A stretch of 64,000 nucleotides of DNA from Longimicrobiaceae bacterium. GTDB taxonomy: Bacteria; Gemmatimonadota; Gemmatimonadetes; Longimicrobiales; Longimicrobiaceae. Position numbers and translations under genes: made by a program. The notes under the pieces are model-generated. The model was not told the origin of the DNA and ran no database searches. It was given only the letters and a program-made list of their open reading frames with translations. The stretch is taken from NCBI GenBank assembly GCA_035936415.1, contig DASYWD010000015.1, forward strand, positions 156 through 64,155. Reading direction: 5' to 3'. Positions 48,381 through 59,300 of the stretch are shown one piece after another; within the stretch, counting starts at the first letter, position 1, and every line of letters starts with the position of its first letter.

Positions 48381-50360
48381 CTACGGAGAAAGGATACCCA
48401 GCTCACGGGCGCGGGCCACCGCCTTGGTGCGGCTGCCCACCCCGAGCTTGCCGTAGATGTGGTGGAGGTGGGTCTTCACCGTCCCCACGGTCACGAAGCT
48501 CTCGCGGGCGATCTCCTGGTTCGACCGCCCCGCGGCGAGGAGCCGCAGGATCTCGCACTCGCGCCGGCTGAGGTCGTCGTGCGCGGGCGGTGGGCGGTCC
48601 CCGGCGGTCCGCGGGGCGGGTGCGGGCCGGCCTGGAGAGGGCGCTCCGGGGGAGGGCGCCCGGTCCTGCGCGCCCGGAGAGCCCAGGCCCGCGAGGATCA
48701 CGCGAGCCTGCTCCATCTCTCCGGCCACCCGTTGGCGGTCCGCCCGTCCGCCCGTGCAGAGCAGCGAATCCGCGCAGCTCGTGCGCGACTGCGCCCCCTC
48801 AAAGGGGAGCCCAATCCCGTGCCAGCACCCGGCTGCCCGCCGGAAGTGCTCGGCGGCGCCGGTGTGGTCCGCCTGCGCCGCCGCGGCCAGCCCGGAGGCG
48901 TCCGCCAGCCGGGCCTCGCCCAGGGGCGTGGGGGTCGTCTCCGCCGGCGAGGCGAGGGCGCCCAGGGCCTCCATGCCCTGCGGGTCGAGTCCCACCCGCA
49001 GGTACACCTCGACCGCCGCCTCCAGCACGTCCACGTCGGTCACAAGCCTCGGGGCACCGCGCCAACCCCCGACGCAGCGATCCATCTCCTCCACCGCATG
49101 CAGCACCTCGCGGTGCCTCCGCCTGCGGTCCCTCCCCAGCAGGCTGCCGTACACGGCTTCCCGGGTCAGGGCATGCCGGAAGTTGTATTGGTCCTCGGCT
49201 TCTTCCTCCGCGACGAACTGCTGCTCCACCAGGGTCGTGAGGGCCCGCAGCAGCCCGGCTTCATCGAGCCCGGTCACCCGGAGCAGCAGGTCGAAGTCGA
49301 ACCGCCGGCCGGCCACCGCGGCGTACCGCAGCACCTCGGCGGTGGACTGGTCCAGCCTCGCGACTCGGGCCAGGATGCTCTCCAGTACGGAGGCGGGGAC
49401 CCCGAGTGCGCCGAGGGGCCTCCCCTGCCGCGCGCTCTGGAGCAGGGCGCCCAGCCGCTGGCTCTCGGCCAGGGCGTGGACGACCTCCTCGACGAAGAAC
49501 GGGTTGCCCTCGGCGTGCTCGTACAGGGCGTCCGCGAACCGCCCGGGGATCGGCTGCCCCAGAATCCCCCGCAGCATGGCGGCGGTCTCGTCGCGCGAAA
49601 GGGGACGGATCCGCAGCTGGTGGTGCCTCCGCTCACGCCGGAGCCGGGCGAGCAGGCAGACGAGGGAGGGAGGCGGATCAGGCTCCGCCGTACGGTACGT
49701 TGCGAGCACCAGCACCCGATCCGTGACCAGGGCGTGGGCCAGGTACTCGATGAAATCCTTGCTGGTCTCATCGGACCAGTGCAGGTCCTCGAGGATGAGG
49801 ACGCGGACGGGCTGGCCGGGGGAGGGCTGCAGGACGCGGTGGACAGCCTCGAAGACGTGCCGCTTCTCGTTCGCGGGATCGGTGGGGATCCGGCCCCGGG
49901 GCGCGGCGCCGTCCAGCTCCTGCCCGAGCTCCGGGAGGAGCTTGGCCAGGTTCGCGGCCCACGCACCGGCCGCCTCCACCACCTTCCCGGGGCCCCGGTC
50001 GCGGATGAGGCTCCGCACCGCCCCGATGAACGGCCCGAAGGCAATGGTGGGCTGCTGGTCGTAACAGCGCCCCTCCAGCACGCCGACCTCCTCTCCGTTC
50101 GCGACGGAACACACGAATTCCCGGACGAGGCGGGTCTTCCCCACCCCCGGCTCGCCGGCGAGGAAGACGACCCGTCCCTGCCCCTGACACGCAATGCGGT
50201 AGTGCTCCTGCAGCTCCCGGAGCTGCGCGTCCCTTCCCACCATCGCGGGCGACGGTGCGGGCGGACCCGCGGCGCCTGGAACGGAGAGCGGGGAGGGGAG
50301 GGCTGGCAGGGCTTCGTCGGGGTGCGACATACGCCGGATCCGCCACGTGTTGCTATGCAT
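48381..50360 (-). CDS. LuxR-family transcriptional regulator with an N-terminal AAA/STAND ATPase (LAL/MalT-like)
   Basis: Walker A GEPGVGKTRL, Walker B LILEDLHWSD, TPR-like middle, C-terminal LSRRECEILRLLAAGRSNQEIA...TVKTHLHHIY HTH. Start is uncertain (TTG 50429, ATG 50360, ATG 50330). Confidence 0.8.
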   Translation of the reverse strand: MHSNTWRIRRMSHPDEALPALPSPLSVPGAAGPPAPSPAMVGRDAQLRELQEHYRIACQGQGRVVFLAGEPGVGKTRLVREFVCSVANGEEVGVLEGRCYDQQPTIAFGPFIGAVRSLIRDRGPGKVVEAAGAWAANLAKLLPELGQELDGAAPRGRIPTDPANEKRHVFEAVHRVLQPSPGQPVRVLILEDLHWSDETSKDFIEYLAHALVTDRVLVLATYRTAEPDPPPSLVCLLARLRRERRHHQLRIRPLSRDETAAMLRGILGQPIPGRFADALYEHAEGNPFFVEEVVHALAESQRLGALLQSARQGRPLGALGVPASVLESILARVARLDQSTAEVLRYAAVAGRRFDFDLLLRVTGLDEAGLLRALTTLVEQQFVAEEEAEDQYNFRHALTREAVYGSLLGRDRRRRHREVLHAVEEMDRCVGGWRGAPRLVTDVDVLEAAVEVYLRVGLDPQGMEALGALASPAETTPTPLGEARLADASGLAAAAQADHTGAAEHFRRAAGCWHGIGLPFEGAQSRTSCADSLLCTGGRADRQRVAGEMEQARVILAGLGSPGAQDRAPSPGAPSPGRPAPAPRTAGDRPPPAHDDLSRRECEILRLLAAGRSNQEIARESFVTVGTVKTHLHHIYGKLGVGSRTKAVARARELGILSP

Positions 50361-50568
50361 GGCGGCCACAGGTGAGCGACCGTCGGCGGTGCCGGGACCT
50401 GCATGGTTCGACGGTGGCAGTACCGCCAAATCTACGCGAGACGCACTGTCTCAGCAATGCATGGCATGAAATACGCTCAGCATTACCGCCGCGCCGCCCA
50501 TCTGCATGCGCCGACGGGGCGGACCGCCAGGCCGCCCCGTCTCTCGCCGTCTCACCTTCCCGCCCGTC

Positions 50569-51087
50569 TCACCGGCAGTCGAGCACCTCGTCGCGCTCCA
50601 CGAAGCGCACCCGCTTCCCGCTGGCGGGGACGAGCACCACGTCCACCGGCTGGGTGAACGCCTGCGTGACGACGCACCCCGCTCCGGGCGACACCTTCCG
50701 TACCACGGCGCGCAGCTCGCCGCCCGCGTCGCTCACGGAGTCCACCAGGATGGAGTACCCGCCGCTTGAGCGGCTTCCGAGCGCCGCCACCAGCACCGCG
50801 TGACGGGAGAAGTCGACGCGCCGGAGCTCCGGCTGCGGGTGCACCCGCTCGTGGAGCTTCCCCCACACGCGCCGCCACTCGGCCTCGCTCCGCACCACCA
50901 GGCGGGCGGGCTCGTGGTAGCCGCTCGAATAGGTGAAGGAGTACGGGCCGGGCGCGAGGCGCGTGACCGGTACGGGCGCGTGCGCCCCGCTCTGGTCCGG
51001 GGAGCCTCCGTCCGGGCCGGCGGGGCCGCCCGCGGAGCAGGCGGCGAGCACCGCGGCGGCGAGGGTGAAGAGCAGTCGCTTCGACAT
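50569..51087 (-). CDS. PrcB-family (PrcB_C domain) lipoprotein
   Basis: Strong SD AAGGAGGA upstream. Lipobox LAAC. SSGGYSILVDSV...LRAVVRKVSPG...QPVDVV pattern is typical of PrcB_C. Confidence 0.7.
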   Translation of the reverse strand: MSKRLLFTLAAAVLAACSAGGPAGPDGGSPDQSGAHAPVPVTRLAPGPYSFTYSSGYHEPARLVVRSEAEWRRVWGKLHERVHPQPELRRVDFSRHAVLVAALGSRSSGGYSILVDSVSDAGGELRAVVRKVSPGAGCVVTQAFTQPVDVVLVPASGKRVRFVERDEVLDCR

Positions 51088-51103
51088 GGCGTCCTCCTTC
51101 GGG

Positions 51104-52972
51104 TCAGAAGTCGGGGGTGAGCAGCACCGCGCCGGTCTGCCCCGTGGCCGTGTTGCGGCCGTGGGCGAGGACCTGCCCCGCGTCGTTGATCTCCACCGCG
51201 CCGTCCAGGACCCAGCCGCCCCCGCGGACCTCGATGCGGTAGGCGCGCCCGCCCTCCCAGAGGAAGGGCCGCCCGTCGGGCGCCGGACCGGTGACGCCGA
51301 CCACCTGGCGCTGGTTGTTGATCGCCGTCACCGAGCCCCTCTCGACGAGGGCGCCCATGCCCCCTAAGAGCAGGCGGATGGTCTGCCCGCCGGACAGGAA
51401 CAGCTGGCCCGCGCACCGGCCGCTCTGTCCGCTTCCGCCCGAGCACACGGCCGCGACGTCCCCGCGGTCGTTGAGGTCCACCGCCCACCCGCCGGACCGG
51501 TGGGCGGTGACGTCGGCCCCGCCGTACGGGGGCGCGATCAGCATGGGGCCGAACGTGCAGAAGCCGCCGCCGCAGATCCCGTGGATCTCGCCCAGCACGA
51601 CGTCCTGCGCGTTCACCCGGAAGCTCCCGTACATGGCCGTACCGGTGGAGGCCTGGAGGTCGATCAGGGTGCCGCCCCGCAGGATCCTGCTCTCGCTGAA
51701 GACGATCGTGCCGGCGTCGTTGACGTCCACGGCCGAGCTGCACCCCGCGATGGCAGTGCGCGCCCCGTCCTTCCAGACGAAGGAGCGTGTGCACCCGGAC
51801 TCGTAGGTGCCGACCACCGTGCCGTCGTTGCTGATCGCCGTGGCGCGGCTCGGGCCGGCGAGGCCCGCGCCCAGGTCGGTCAGGGTCCCGTTCCGCCACA
51901 GGAAGGCGCGGGTCTCGCCGGAGGCCGTCTGCGCGCTGCCGACCACGTCGCCGCGCGCGTTCAGGTCCAGCCCCTTGCTGTCCGCGCCGCCGAGCGTGCC
52001 CAGGTACGCCAGCGTGTACGTGCGCGCGGGGGATTCGACGCGGATCGTCCTGCGCGCCACGGTCCGGTTGCCCACCGCGTCCTCGGCCCGGATGGTGAAG
52101 ACGTGCGTGCCCGGGGAAACCTCGTGGATGCGGGTGTCGAAGCGAACGGTGCCGTCGGCGTTGCGGAAGGTGTGGGCGACCTGCTCCTCCCCCGAGCCGA
52201 GCGTGTAGGTCACGCGGGCCAGCGCGCCCTCCGCCGTCACGGTGCCTCCGACGAACAGGTGGAAGCGCTCCAGCGGGGTGGTGAGGGTGGTGTCGGCCGG
52301 GGGCGAGGTGATCGAGATGGCGACCGGGCTGCGGATACGGAGCCGCGCGGTGTCCGCTACCGGGCCGGCGCTCACCGTGACCGACGCCTCACCGCCGGCG
52401 ACCGCGCGAACCAGCCCCGAGTCGCTCACGGTGAGCACCTCCGGGTCCGAGCTCTTCCAGACGAACGGCCCCTTCGCGGCGTTCCCGTGCGCGTCCACGG
52501 CGCGAAGGCTGAGCTGCCTCGTCTCACCCGGCCGGAGCGTCGCGGTGTCCGGGGTGACTTCCAGCGTCGCCACGCCCGCCGGCTCGGCCGTGGCCTGGAA
52601 CGTCGCCGTCTTCCCGGCGCTCGTGGCCGTCCCCTCCAGGGCTCCGGCGCGGGTGCCCAGCGTCCAGTGGGCCCGGGCGCGCCCGTCGGATCCCGTCGTC
52701 GCCCGGGCCGGCGAGATGGTCCCCGCGCCGGGGGCGAGCGCGAAGTCCACCTCCACGCCGGGAATCGGCCTACCCCTCCGGTCGGTGACCTCCACCACAA
52801 CGCTGTCCCCGAGCGGCTCGCCGACGATCCCGCGCTGTCCGTTACCGCCGACCGTCGCCACCTGCGCGGGAGCGCGGCGGTCGTCCGAGTCCGTGAAGAG
52901 CGAGCAGGAAGCGAGGGCGAGGAGGGCGGCGGACAGCAGCGCACCGCGCGCCCGATGCATGCTTCGGATCAT
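51104..52972 (-). CDS. Lipoprotein with bacterial Ig-like (Big) domains and HAF-like extracellular repeats
   Basis: Lipobox LALASC. Big-like segments (ATLEVTPDTATLRPGETRQLSLRAVDAHGN). Repeats of type GDVVGSAQTASGETRAFLWRNGTLTDLG. Start is 52972 or 52960. Confidence 0.7.
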   Translation of the reverse strand: MIRSMHRARGALLSAALLALASCSLFTDSDDRRAPAQVATVGGNGQRGIVGEPLGDSVVVEVTDRRGRPIPGVEVDFALAPGAGTISPARATTGSDGRARAHWTLGTRAGALEGTATSAGKTATFQATAEPAGVATLEVTPDTATLRPGETRQLSLRAVDAHGNAAKGPFVWKSSDPEVLTVSDSGLVRAVAGGEASVTVSAGPVADTARLRIRSPVAISITSPPADTTLTTPLERFHLFVGGTVTAEGALARVTYTLGSGEEQVAHTFRNADGTVRFDTRIHEVSPGTHVFTIRAEDAVGNRTVARRTIRVESPARTYTLAYLGTLGGADSKGLDLNARGDVVGSAQTASGETRAFLWRNGTLTDLGAGLAGPSRATAISNDGTVVGTYESGCTRSFVWKDGARTAIAGCSSAVDVNDAGTIVFSESRILRGGTLIDLQASTGTAMYGSFRVNAQDVVLGEIHGICGGGFCTFGPMLIAPPYGGADVTAHRSGGWAVDLNDRGDVAAVCSGGSGQSGRCAGQLFLSGGQTIRLLLGGMGALVERGSVTAINNQRQVVGVTGPAPDGRPFLWEGGRAYRIEVRGGGWVLDGAVEINDAGQVLAHGRNTATGQTGAVLLTPDF

Positions 52973-53120
52973 TCCGGAGTCGCTGGAACAGGGTCGGCTT
53001 CGCTCAGGCCGGCGGATCAGAATGCGGGCCGTGCCGGGAAGCGGCCGGGCGCGCCACCTGCCCGGCCGCACTCGTCTGACGAACCCCGCGCGACAGGCGT
53101 CACGCGAAGGTCCTCGAGCA

Positions 53121-53150
53121 GAAGAGGGCGCCGACCGGGGCGCCCTCTTC
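53121..53150 (-). terminator. GC-rich terminator-like hairpin (no U-run)
   Basis: GAAGAGGGCGCC / GGCGCCCTCTTC 12-bp stem, 6-nt loop, just downstream of the stop at 53201. Confidence 0.45.
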
Positions 53151-53200
53151 GGGTGCAGCTCCTCGTGGAGCGCTCCGTCCCTACGCCGCCCGAGCAGGGC

Positions 53201-53674
53201 CTATTGTCCACGCCGCAGAGGAACAGGATCCCACCGTTCTTCTCCGAGAGAATACCCGATGCCGGATCCTACCAGAGCGCCGGCAGGACCCCCGATGACC
53301 AGGGCCGCCAGAGTGTTGTACCGGTCATCCCGGTATTTCGCGTCGAAAGCGACCTTTGCGCCCAGGGAGGCGAGGGCTGCTCCCATCAGGGCACCACGAA
53401 GCGCGTACGCTCCGCTCCGCCGAGGACGCGTGCTCACCTCCAGCCGCTCGATGTCGGTGATGGGCAGTCGCACCTCCGATGCACCCCGGCGCTTCAGGAC
53501 CAGCGTATCTCCCTCGCTGGCAACCAGACGGGCCTCCGTTCTCTCCCACGACCAGCGCTCGGCCGTGATCCGCACCCGCGCCCCCGGAGCGAGGCCCTCC
53601 TGTGCGTCAGCAACCCGCACGCACACGGACAGCATCGACAGCGTAAGCAGGAAAAGCTGCAGTGGGCGATACAT
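53201..53674 (-). CDS. Small secreted protein with a C-terminal glycine-zipper-like segment (157 aa)
   Basis: ATG at 53674. Signal peptide LFLLTLSMLSVCVRVADAQ. C-terminal GALMGAALASLG...VIGGPAGALVGSGIG. Confidence 0.55.
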   Translation of the reverse strand: MYRPLQLFLLTLSMLSVCVRVADAQEGLAPGARVRITAERWSWERTEARLVASEGDTLVLKRRGASEVRLPITDIERLEVSTRPRRSGAYALRGALMGAALASLGAKVAFDAKYRDDRYNTLAALVIGGPAGALVGSGIGYSLGEERWDPVPLRRGQ

Positions 53675-53803
53675 GGTCGTAGTCGCTGCTCGCACCGAAC
53701 GTAGTGATAGAGTGCACATCAGGTAGGAAGATGCGCAGGGGAGCCCACACGAGGAGGGCGCCCCGCGGGGCGCCCTCGTCTCGTACATACCGCCGCTCCG
53801 AGG

Positions 53804-55690
53804 CTACGCCGCCCCCGCCTCCAGGTGGCGCTCCTGCCACCCCGGGATGGCGTCGAACACCCGCAGCGCGAGCGGCACCTTGCCGAAAGGCGCGCTCACC
53901 TGCACCCCCTGGATCTGCGGGAGCGCCTCGCGGAGCATCTCCTGCGCGATGGCGATTCCCTCGTCCACCGCGGCCTCCTTGCCGACGTCGCTGGCCCGGC
54001 GCATCCGCTCGATCACCGCCTCCGGGACGATCACGCCCGGCACCTCGTTGGCCAGGAACTCGGCGTTGCGGGCGCTGACCAGCGGCCAGATCCCGGCAAC
54101 GACGGGGATGCGGATCCCCTCGCGGTCGATCCGCTCCAGGAAGCGGAAGAGCTGCGCCACGTCGAACACCGGCTGGGTGATGGCGTACTCCGCCCCCGCC
54201 TCCACCTTCCAGTAGAAGCGCTTCAGCTCGTGCTCCAGGTCCTCGGCGCCCGGGTTCACCCCCACTCCCAGGGTGAAGGAGGTGGGCGCCCCCAGCGCGT
54301 TCCCGCCGGGGTCCAGCCCGCGGTTCAGGCGCGAGGCCAGGTTGGTGAGGCCGATGGCGTCGATGTCGAAGACGGCGGTGGCGTCCGGGTACGGACCCAT
54401 CTTCGGCGGGTCGCCGGTGATGAGGAGGAGGTTGCGGAGCCCCAGCGCCTGCGCCCCCAGCAGGTCGGAGAGCATCCCCAGGAGGTTGCGGTCGCGGCAG
54501 CAGTAGTGCACCACCGCCTCGATCCCCACCCGCTGCTGGATGAGCACCGCGGTGGCGAGGGCGCCCATGCGGCTCTGCGCGCGCGGCCCGTCCGGAACGT
54601 TGACGCCGTCCACCCCCGCCTCGCGGAGAAGGCGCACGCCCTCCAGCATCGCCTCGGGGCTCGAGCCGCGGGGGGGGACGATCTCCACCGTCGTCAGGAA
54701 CTCGCCGCGCGACAGCTTGGCGCCCCACGCGGAGCGCTCGGCCAGCGGGATCGGTTCGGTGCCGGCGGCCTCCTGGCGCTCCGGCCCCGCCGGGGCGACG
54801 CGCACGGAGCCGCCGGGGGCGAGCATCCGCACCGCATCGGACATGCGGGCCACGTGCTCCGGCGTGGTGCCGCAGCACCCCCCGACGAAGCGCACGCCCT
54901 TGCGGATCAGCCGCTTGGCGTACGTCGCCATGTACTCCGGCGACGCCATGTAGATCGTGCGGCCGTCCACCTCGCGAGGCAGCCCCGCGTTGGGCTGGGT
55001 GGAGACGGGACGATCGCTGGCGGTGAGCATCCGCTCCACGGCCTGCAGCATGGCGCTGGGGCCGACGCTGCAGTTGAGCCCCACCACTTCCACCCCCCAT
55101 TCGGCCAGCCGCTCCGCAACCGTGGCCGCGTCGGTGCCGAAGGGGGTGCGCCCGTCCTCGCGGATGACCATCTGCGCCACCACCGGCAGGTCGCAGAGGC
55201 CGCGCACCGCGAGCACGGCCTGGCGCACCTCGTCCAGGTCGGCGAAGGTCTCCAGGACGAACAGGTCCACCCCGCCCTCCAGGAGCGCCCCGGCCTGCTC
55301 GGCGAACAGGGCGCGCGCCTCTTCGGCGGAGGTGGGCCCGTACGGCTCGATCCGGAGCCCCAGCGGCCCCATCGCCCCCGCCACGCAGACGCGGTCGCCG
55401 GCCGCGGCGCGCGCGATCTGCGCCGCCCGCACGTTGACGTCGCGGAGCCGGTCCTCCAGCCCGTGGCGCGCCAGCTTGAGCCGGTTGGCGCCGTACGAGT
55501 TGGTCTCCAGCACCTCCGCGCCGGCGCGGACGTAGGCCCGGTGGATGTCGCCGACCAGGTCCGGCTGGACCAGGTTCAGCTCGTCGTAGCACCGGTTGAT
55601 GTATACGCCCCTGGAGTACAGCATCGTCCCCATCGCACCGTCGAACAGGTGCGGGCGACCGTCCTCCAGCAGCTCGCGAAAGTCAGCCAT
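53804..55690 (-). CDS. Bifunctional homocysteine S-methyltransferase / 5,10-methylenetetrahydrofolate reductase (YitJ-like fusion)
   Basis: ATG at 55690. N-terminal Hcy-binding domain (LFDGAMGTMLY...ETNSY...GGCCGTTPEH), C-terminal MTHFR (VEIVPPRG...YCCRDRN...LLITGDPP...EAGAEYAITQPVFD). Confidence 0.85.
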   Translation of the reverse strand: MADFRELLEDGRPHLFDGAMGTMLYSRGVYINRCYDELNLVQPDLVGDIHRAYVRAGAEVLETNSYGANRLKLARHGLEDRLRDVNVRAAQIARAAAGDRVCVAGAMGPLGLRIEPYGPTSAEEARALFAEQAGALLEGGVDLFVLETFADLDEVRQAVLAVRGLCDLPVVAQMVIREDGRTPFGTDAATVAERLAEWGVEVVGLNCSVGPSAMLQAVERMLTASDRPVSTQPNAGLPREVDGRTIYMASPEYMATYAKRLIRKGVRFVGGCCGTTPEHVARMSDAVRMLAPGGSVRVAPAGPERQEAAGTEPIPLAERSAWGAKLSRGEFLTTVEIVPPRGSSPEAMLEGVRLLREAGVDGVNVPDGPRAQSRMGALATAVLIQQRVGIEAVVHYCCRDRNLLGMLSDLLGAQALGLRNLLLITGDPPKMGPYPDATAVFDIDAIGLTNLASRLNRGLDPGGNALGAPTSFTLGVGVNPGAEDLEHELKRFYWKVEAGAEYAITQPVFDVAQLFRFLERIDREGIRIPVVAGIWPLVSARNAEFLANEVPGVIVPEAVIERMRRASDVGKEAAVDEGIAIAQEMLREALPQIQGVQVSAPFGKVPLALRVFDAIPGWQERHLEAGAA

Positions 55691-55710
55691 CCTGAAGATC
55701 CATTGTGTCG

Positions 55711-56229
55711 CTACTCGTTGTCCGTGGCGACCGGGAGGTACTCCTCCGGCGCCACGATGGGCACCCGTCCGGCGGCGGGCACGTACCAGAGCACGCGGTG
55801 CTCCCGGTCCAGCCCGACCTCCACCGTCCCGTCGCCCGGGGTGCATCCTACGCGGGCGCCGTCGTCCAGCCGGTAGATCCAGCGCTCGGAGGTGTCACGC
55901 TCCAGCCGCCCGATCGCCTGCTCCACCGTGGCGGGCGGCGTCCCCGTGGGGAAGCGCCTCCGCAGGTGGCCCAGCCCCCCGCCCGTGCAGGTGGTCTCCG
56001 GCTCCCCCATGAGCGTCCGGACCCGCGCGGACTCGTCCCGCAGCTCCAGCCGCGCCACCCGCCGCTCCCGGCGCCGCTCGGGGCTGAGGAGCACCAGCGC
56101 CACCACCGCGACGCCCAGCAGCAGGATCAGCGCGGTGGCCCTGCGGATCCCCCGCTGCGGCACCTTGAGCGCGTTGTCTACCCTTCGATCTCGCGTAGCG
56201 ATGGCTGCCTCCGAGGGAACAGGATTCAT
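55711..56229 (-). CDS. Hypothetical single-pass membrane protein (172 aa) between metH and the MTHFR fusion
   Basis: ATG at 56229 (MNPVPS...). One TM helix ATALILLLGVAVVALVLL. Stop lies 20 nt before the next gene start. Confidence 0.5.
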   Translation of the reverse strand: MNPVPSEAAIATRDRRVDNALKVPQRGIRRATALILLLGVAVVALVLLSPERRRERRVARLELRDESARVRTLMGEPETTCTGGGLGHLRRRFPTGTPPATVEQAIGRLERDTSERWIYRLDDGARVGCTPGDGTVEVGLDREHRVLWYVPAAGRVPIVAPEEYLPVATDNE

Positions 56230-56376
56230 CCGGCGCACGCCGGGCGGTCAGCTCACAGCGGGGACCCCCTCCCCCGGCCCCTCCCCGCAAGGGGGAGGGG
56301 AGAACGGCAGCGGCGCGCGAGAGCGCCGCAGCCCGGCCCCCATGATAGTGGGGGGCACGCCCGAACCCGCCGTTCC

Positions 56377-59300
56377 TCAGCTCGTCGAAAAGTACTTCGC
56401 CGCCGGGTGATGCACCACGAGCGCCGCGGTCGACTGTTCCGGGTCGAGCTGGAAGGCGCTGGTGAGCCCCACGCCGATGGCCTCCTCCACGGGGAGGATG
56501 CGGAACAGCGTCTCGTGCTGCTCGACGTCCGGGCAGGCCGGGTAGCCCCAGGAATAGCGCAGGCCGCGCGGCTCGTCGATTCCCAGCTCCGCGCGCACAC
56601 GGCGGTTCACCAGCTCGGCCGTCCCCTCGGCGGTCTGCACGCTGAAGCCGTGCAGGAAGTACCCCTCGCTGTAGTCGCCGCCCCGGTTGCGCTCCTCGAT
56701 GAACTCCGCGGCGCGGTCGCCGCTGGTCACCACCTGCAGCGCGATCACGTCCTCCGGCCCGCTCCCGTTCAACGGGCGGAAGTAGTCGGCCAGGCAGAGC
56801 TGCTCGCGGTCCTCCTGGCGCGGGAAGGTGAACCGCCCGATCTCACGGGTCCGGTCCTGCGCGTCGAAGACCACCACGTCGTCGCCGTCGCGCCCGGCCG
56901 GGAAGTAGCCGTACACCGCCCGCGGCCGGAGCCACCCCTGGGTGCGCGCCTCGCGGGTGTAGCGGGCCAGGCGCGGCTCGAAGTCCTCCCGCACGATCCG
57001 CTCCCACTCCTCGCCCTTGAGGTTGCGGGCGCCCCACTGCATCCGGTACAGCGTGTTGCGGTCGATGCACTCCACCACGTCGTCCACCGGGATGCGGTCC
57101 AGCACCTTCCACCCCCAGAAGGGCGGCGCGGGGGCGTCGATGACCGGCACCGCCGGGTTCTGCCGCGAGGCGGGACGCAGCCCGGCGGCCTTCGCCTTGT
57201 TGGCGGCGTACTGCTCGCTCCGGCGCAGCATCTCCTCGTTGTGCGCCCGGACGAACTCCGCGGCGTCGCCCGCGACGAGCCGGTCCATGGTCGCCAGCCC
57301 CTCGAAGGCGTCCTTGCAGTAGAACATCCCGGACCCGTACGGCGTCCCCTCGTCCACCATGGCCGCGCCGCGGACGAAGGAGGGGTTGATGGCCGCGCCG
57401 CCCACCAGCAGCGGGTACTCCATGCCGCGCCGGTGCAGCTCCTGCGCGCAGAGCGGCATCTGCTTGGAGGTAGAGACCAGGAGCGCGCTCAGGCCGATGG
57501 CGTCGGCGCCGACCTCCTCGGCCTTCTCCAGGATGGTGTTGACGGGGACCTGCTTCCCCAGGTCGAACACCGTGTACCCGTTGTTGGTGAGAATCGTGTT
57601 CACCAGCGACTTGCCGATGTCGTGCACGTCGCCGTACACGGTCGCCAGCACCACCTTCCCCTTGGTCTGCCCCTCGGCCTTCTCCAGGTAGTTCTCCAGC
57701 CGGGCGACGGCCTTCTTCATCACCTCGGCGCTCTGCAGCACGAAGGGGAGGATCAGCTCGCCGGCGCCGAACTTGTCGCCCACCTCCTTCATGGCGGGGA
57801 GGAGCACCTCGTTCAGCACCGGGACGGCGCCGTTCCGCTCCACGGCGCGGTCGATCAGCTCCTCGATCCCCTCCTTCTTGCGGTGCAGGATCTTCCAGTG
57901 GAGCGCGGCCTCCGGCTCCATCTCGGCCGTGGGATCGACCGCAGAGTCCGTGTCGGCCGACTTTCCCTCGTAGAAGGCGATGAAGGCGGCGAGCGGGTCG
58001 TGAGCCTCCGTGCGGCGGTCCCAGATCAGGTCGTCGGCGAGGCGGCGCTCCTCGTCCGGGATCTCGAAGTACGGCTTGACGTGCGCCGGGTTGATAATGG
58101 CGGTGTCCAGCCCCGCCTCCACGCAATGGTGCAGGAAGACGGAGTTGAGCACGGCGCGCGCGTGCGGCGCCAGCCCGAAGCTCACGTTGGAGACGCCGAG
58201 CGTGGTGAGCACCCCCGGCAGCTCCGCCTTGATGGCGCGGATCCCCTCGATGGTCTCCACGGCGGAGTGGCGGAACTCCTCGTCGCCGGTCGCGAGGGTG
58301 AAGGTGAGCGCGTCGAAGATCAGCGCGTCCGGCTGGAGCCCGAACTCACCGGTGGCGATGTCGTAGATCTTGCGGGCGGCGGTGAGCTTGTCGTCCGCCG
58401 TCTTGCACATCCCGCCCAGGTCGCGGTCGATGGTGAGCGCGATCACGGCGGCGCCGTGGGCGGCCACCGCCGGGAGCACCGAGTCGATCCGCTCGCGCCC
58501 GTTCTCCAGGTTGATGGAGTTGACCACCGCGCGCCCGGGCGACTGCTCGAGCGCCGCCTCGATGGTGGGGGCCTCGGTGGAGTCGATGCAGAGCGGCGCC
58601 TCCACCCCCTGGGAGAGGAGCTTGACGACGGTGCGCATCTGCGCGTCCTCGTCCTGCCGCTCCGTGAGCGCCACGCAGACGTCCAGCACGTGCGCGCCGC
58701 TCTCCGTCTGCTCGCGCGCCACGTCCAGGATGCCGTCGTAGTCGTCGGCCAGGAGGAGGCGCTTGACCTTGCGCGACCCCTGCGAGTTGACGCGCTCGCC
58801 GATCATGGTGGGCGCGGGGACCTGCACCAGGTCGGTGGCCCGGATCCCGGAGGAGAGGCGCGGGACGTACGCCACCTCGCGCCGCACGGGCTCGGCGCCG
58901 CCGACGCGCGCCACCAGCTGGCGGATGTGGTCCGGGGTGGTGCCGCAGCACCCGCCCACCACGCCCACCCCCAGCTCGCGCACGAACTCCTCCAGCTGCG
59001 CGGCGAAGGGCTCGGGCGTCATGGGGTACACGGCGACGCCGCCCTCGTTGTGCGGGATCCCGGCGTTGGGGATCACGGAGATGGGGAGGCGCGAGTTCTC
59101 CGCCAGGAAGCGGATGGGCTGCCGCATGTGCTCGGGGCCGGTGGAGCAGTTCAGCCCGATCACGTCCACCCGGAGCGCCTCCAGCGTCACCATGGCGGCG
59201 CCGATGTCGGTGCCCAGGAGCATGCGCCCGGAGGTGTCCAGCGTCACCTGCACCTGCAGCGCCACGGGGCGGCCGGCCTCCGCGACGGCCCGGCGGCACC

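Noticed and set aside
50463-50478. TGGCATGAAATACGCT with GG-N10-GC spacing
   Set aside because: It is on the plus strand with no plus-strand gene downstream for about 10 kb. The neighbouring real genes are all on the minus strand.
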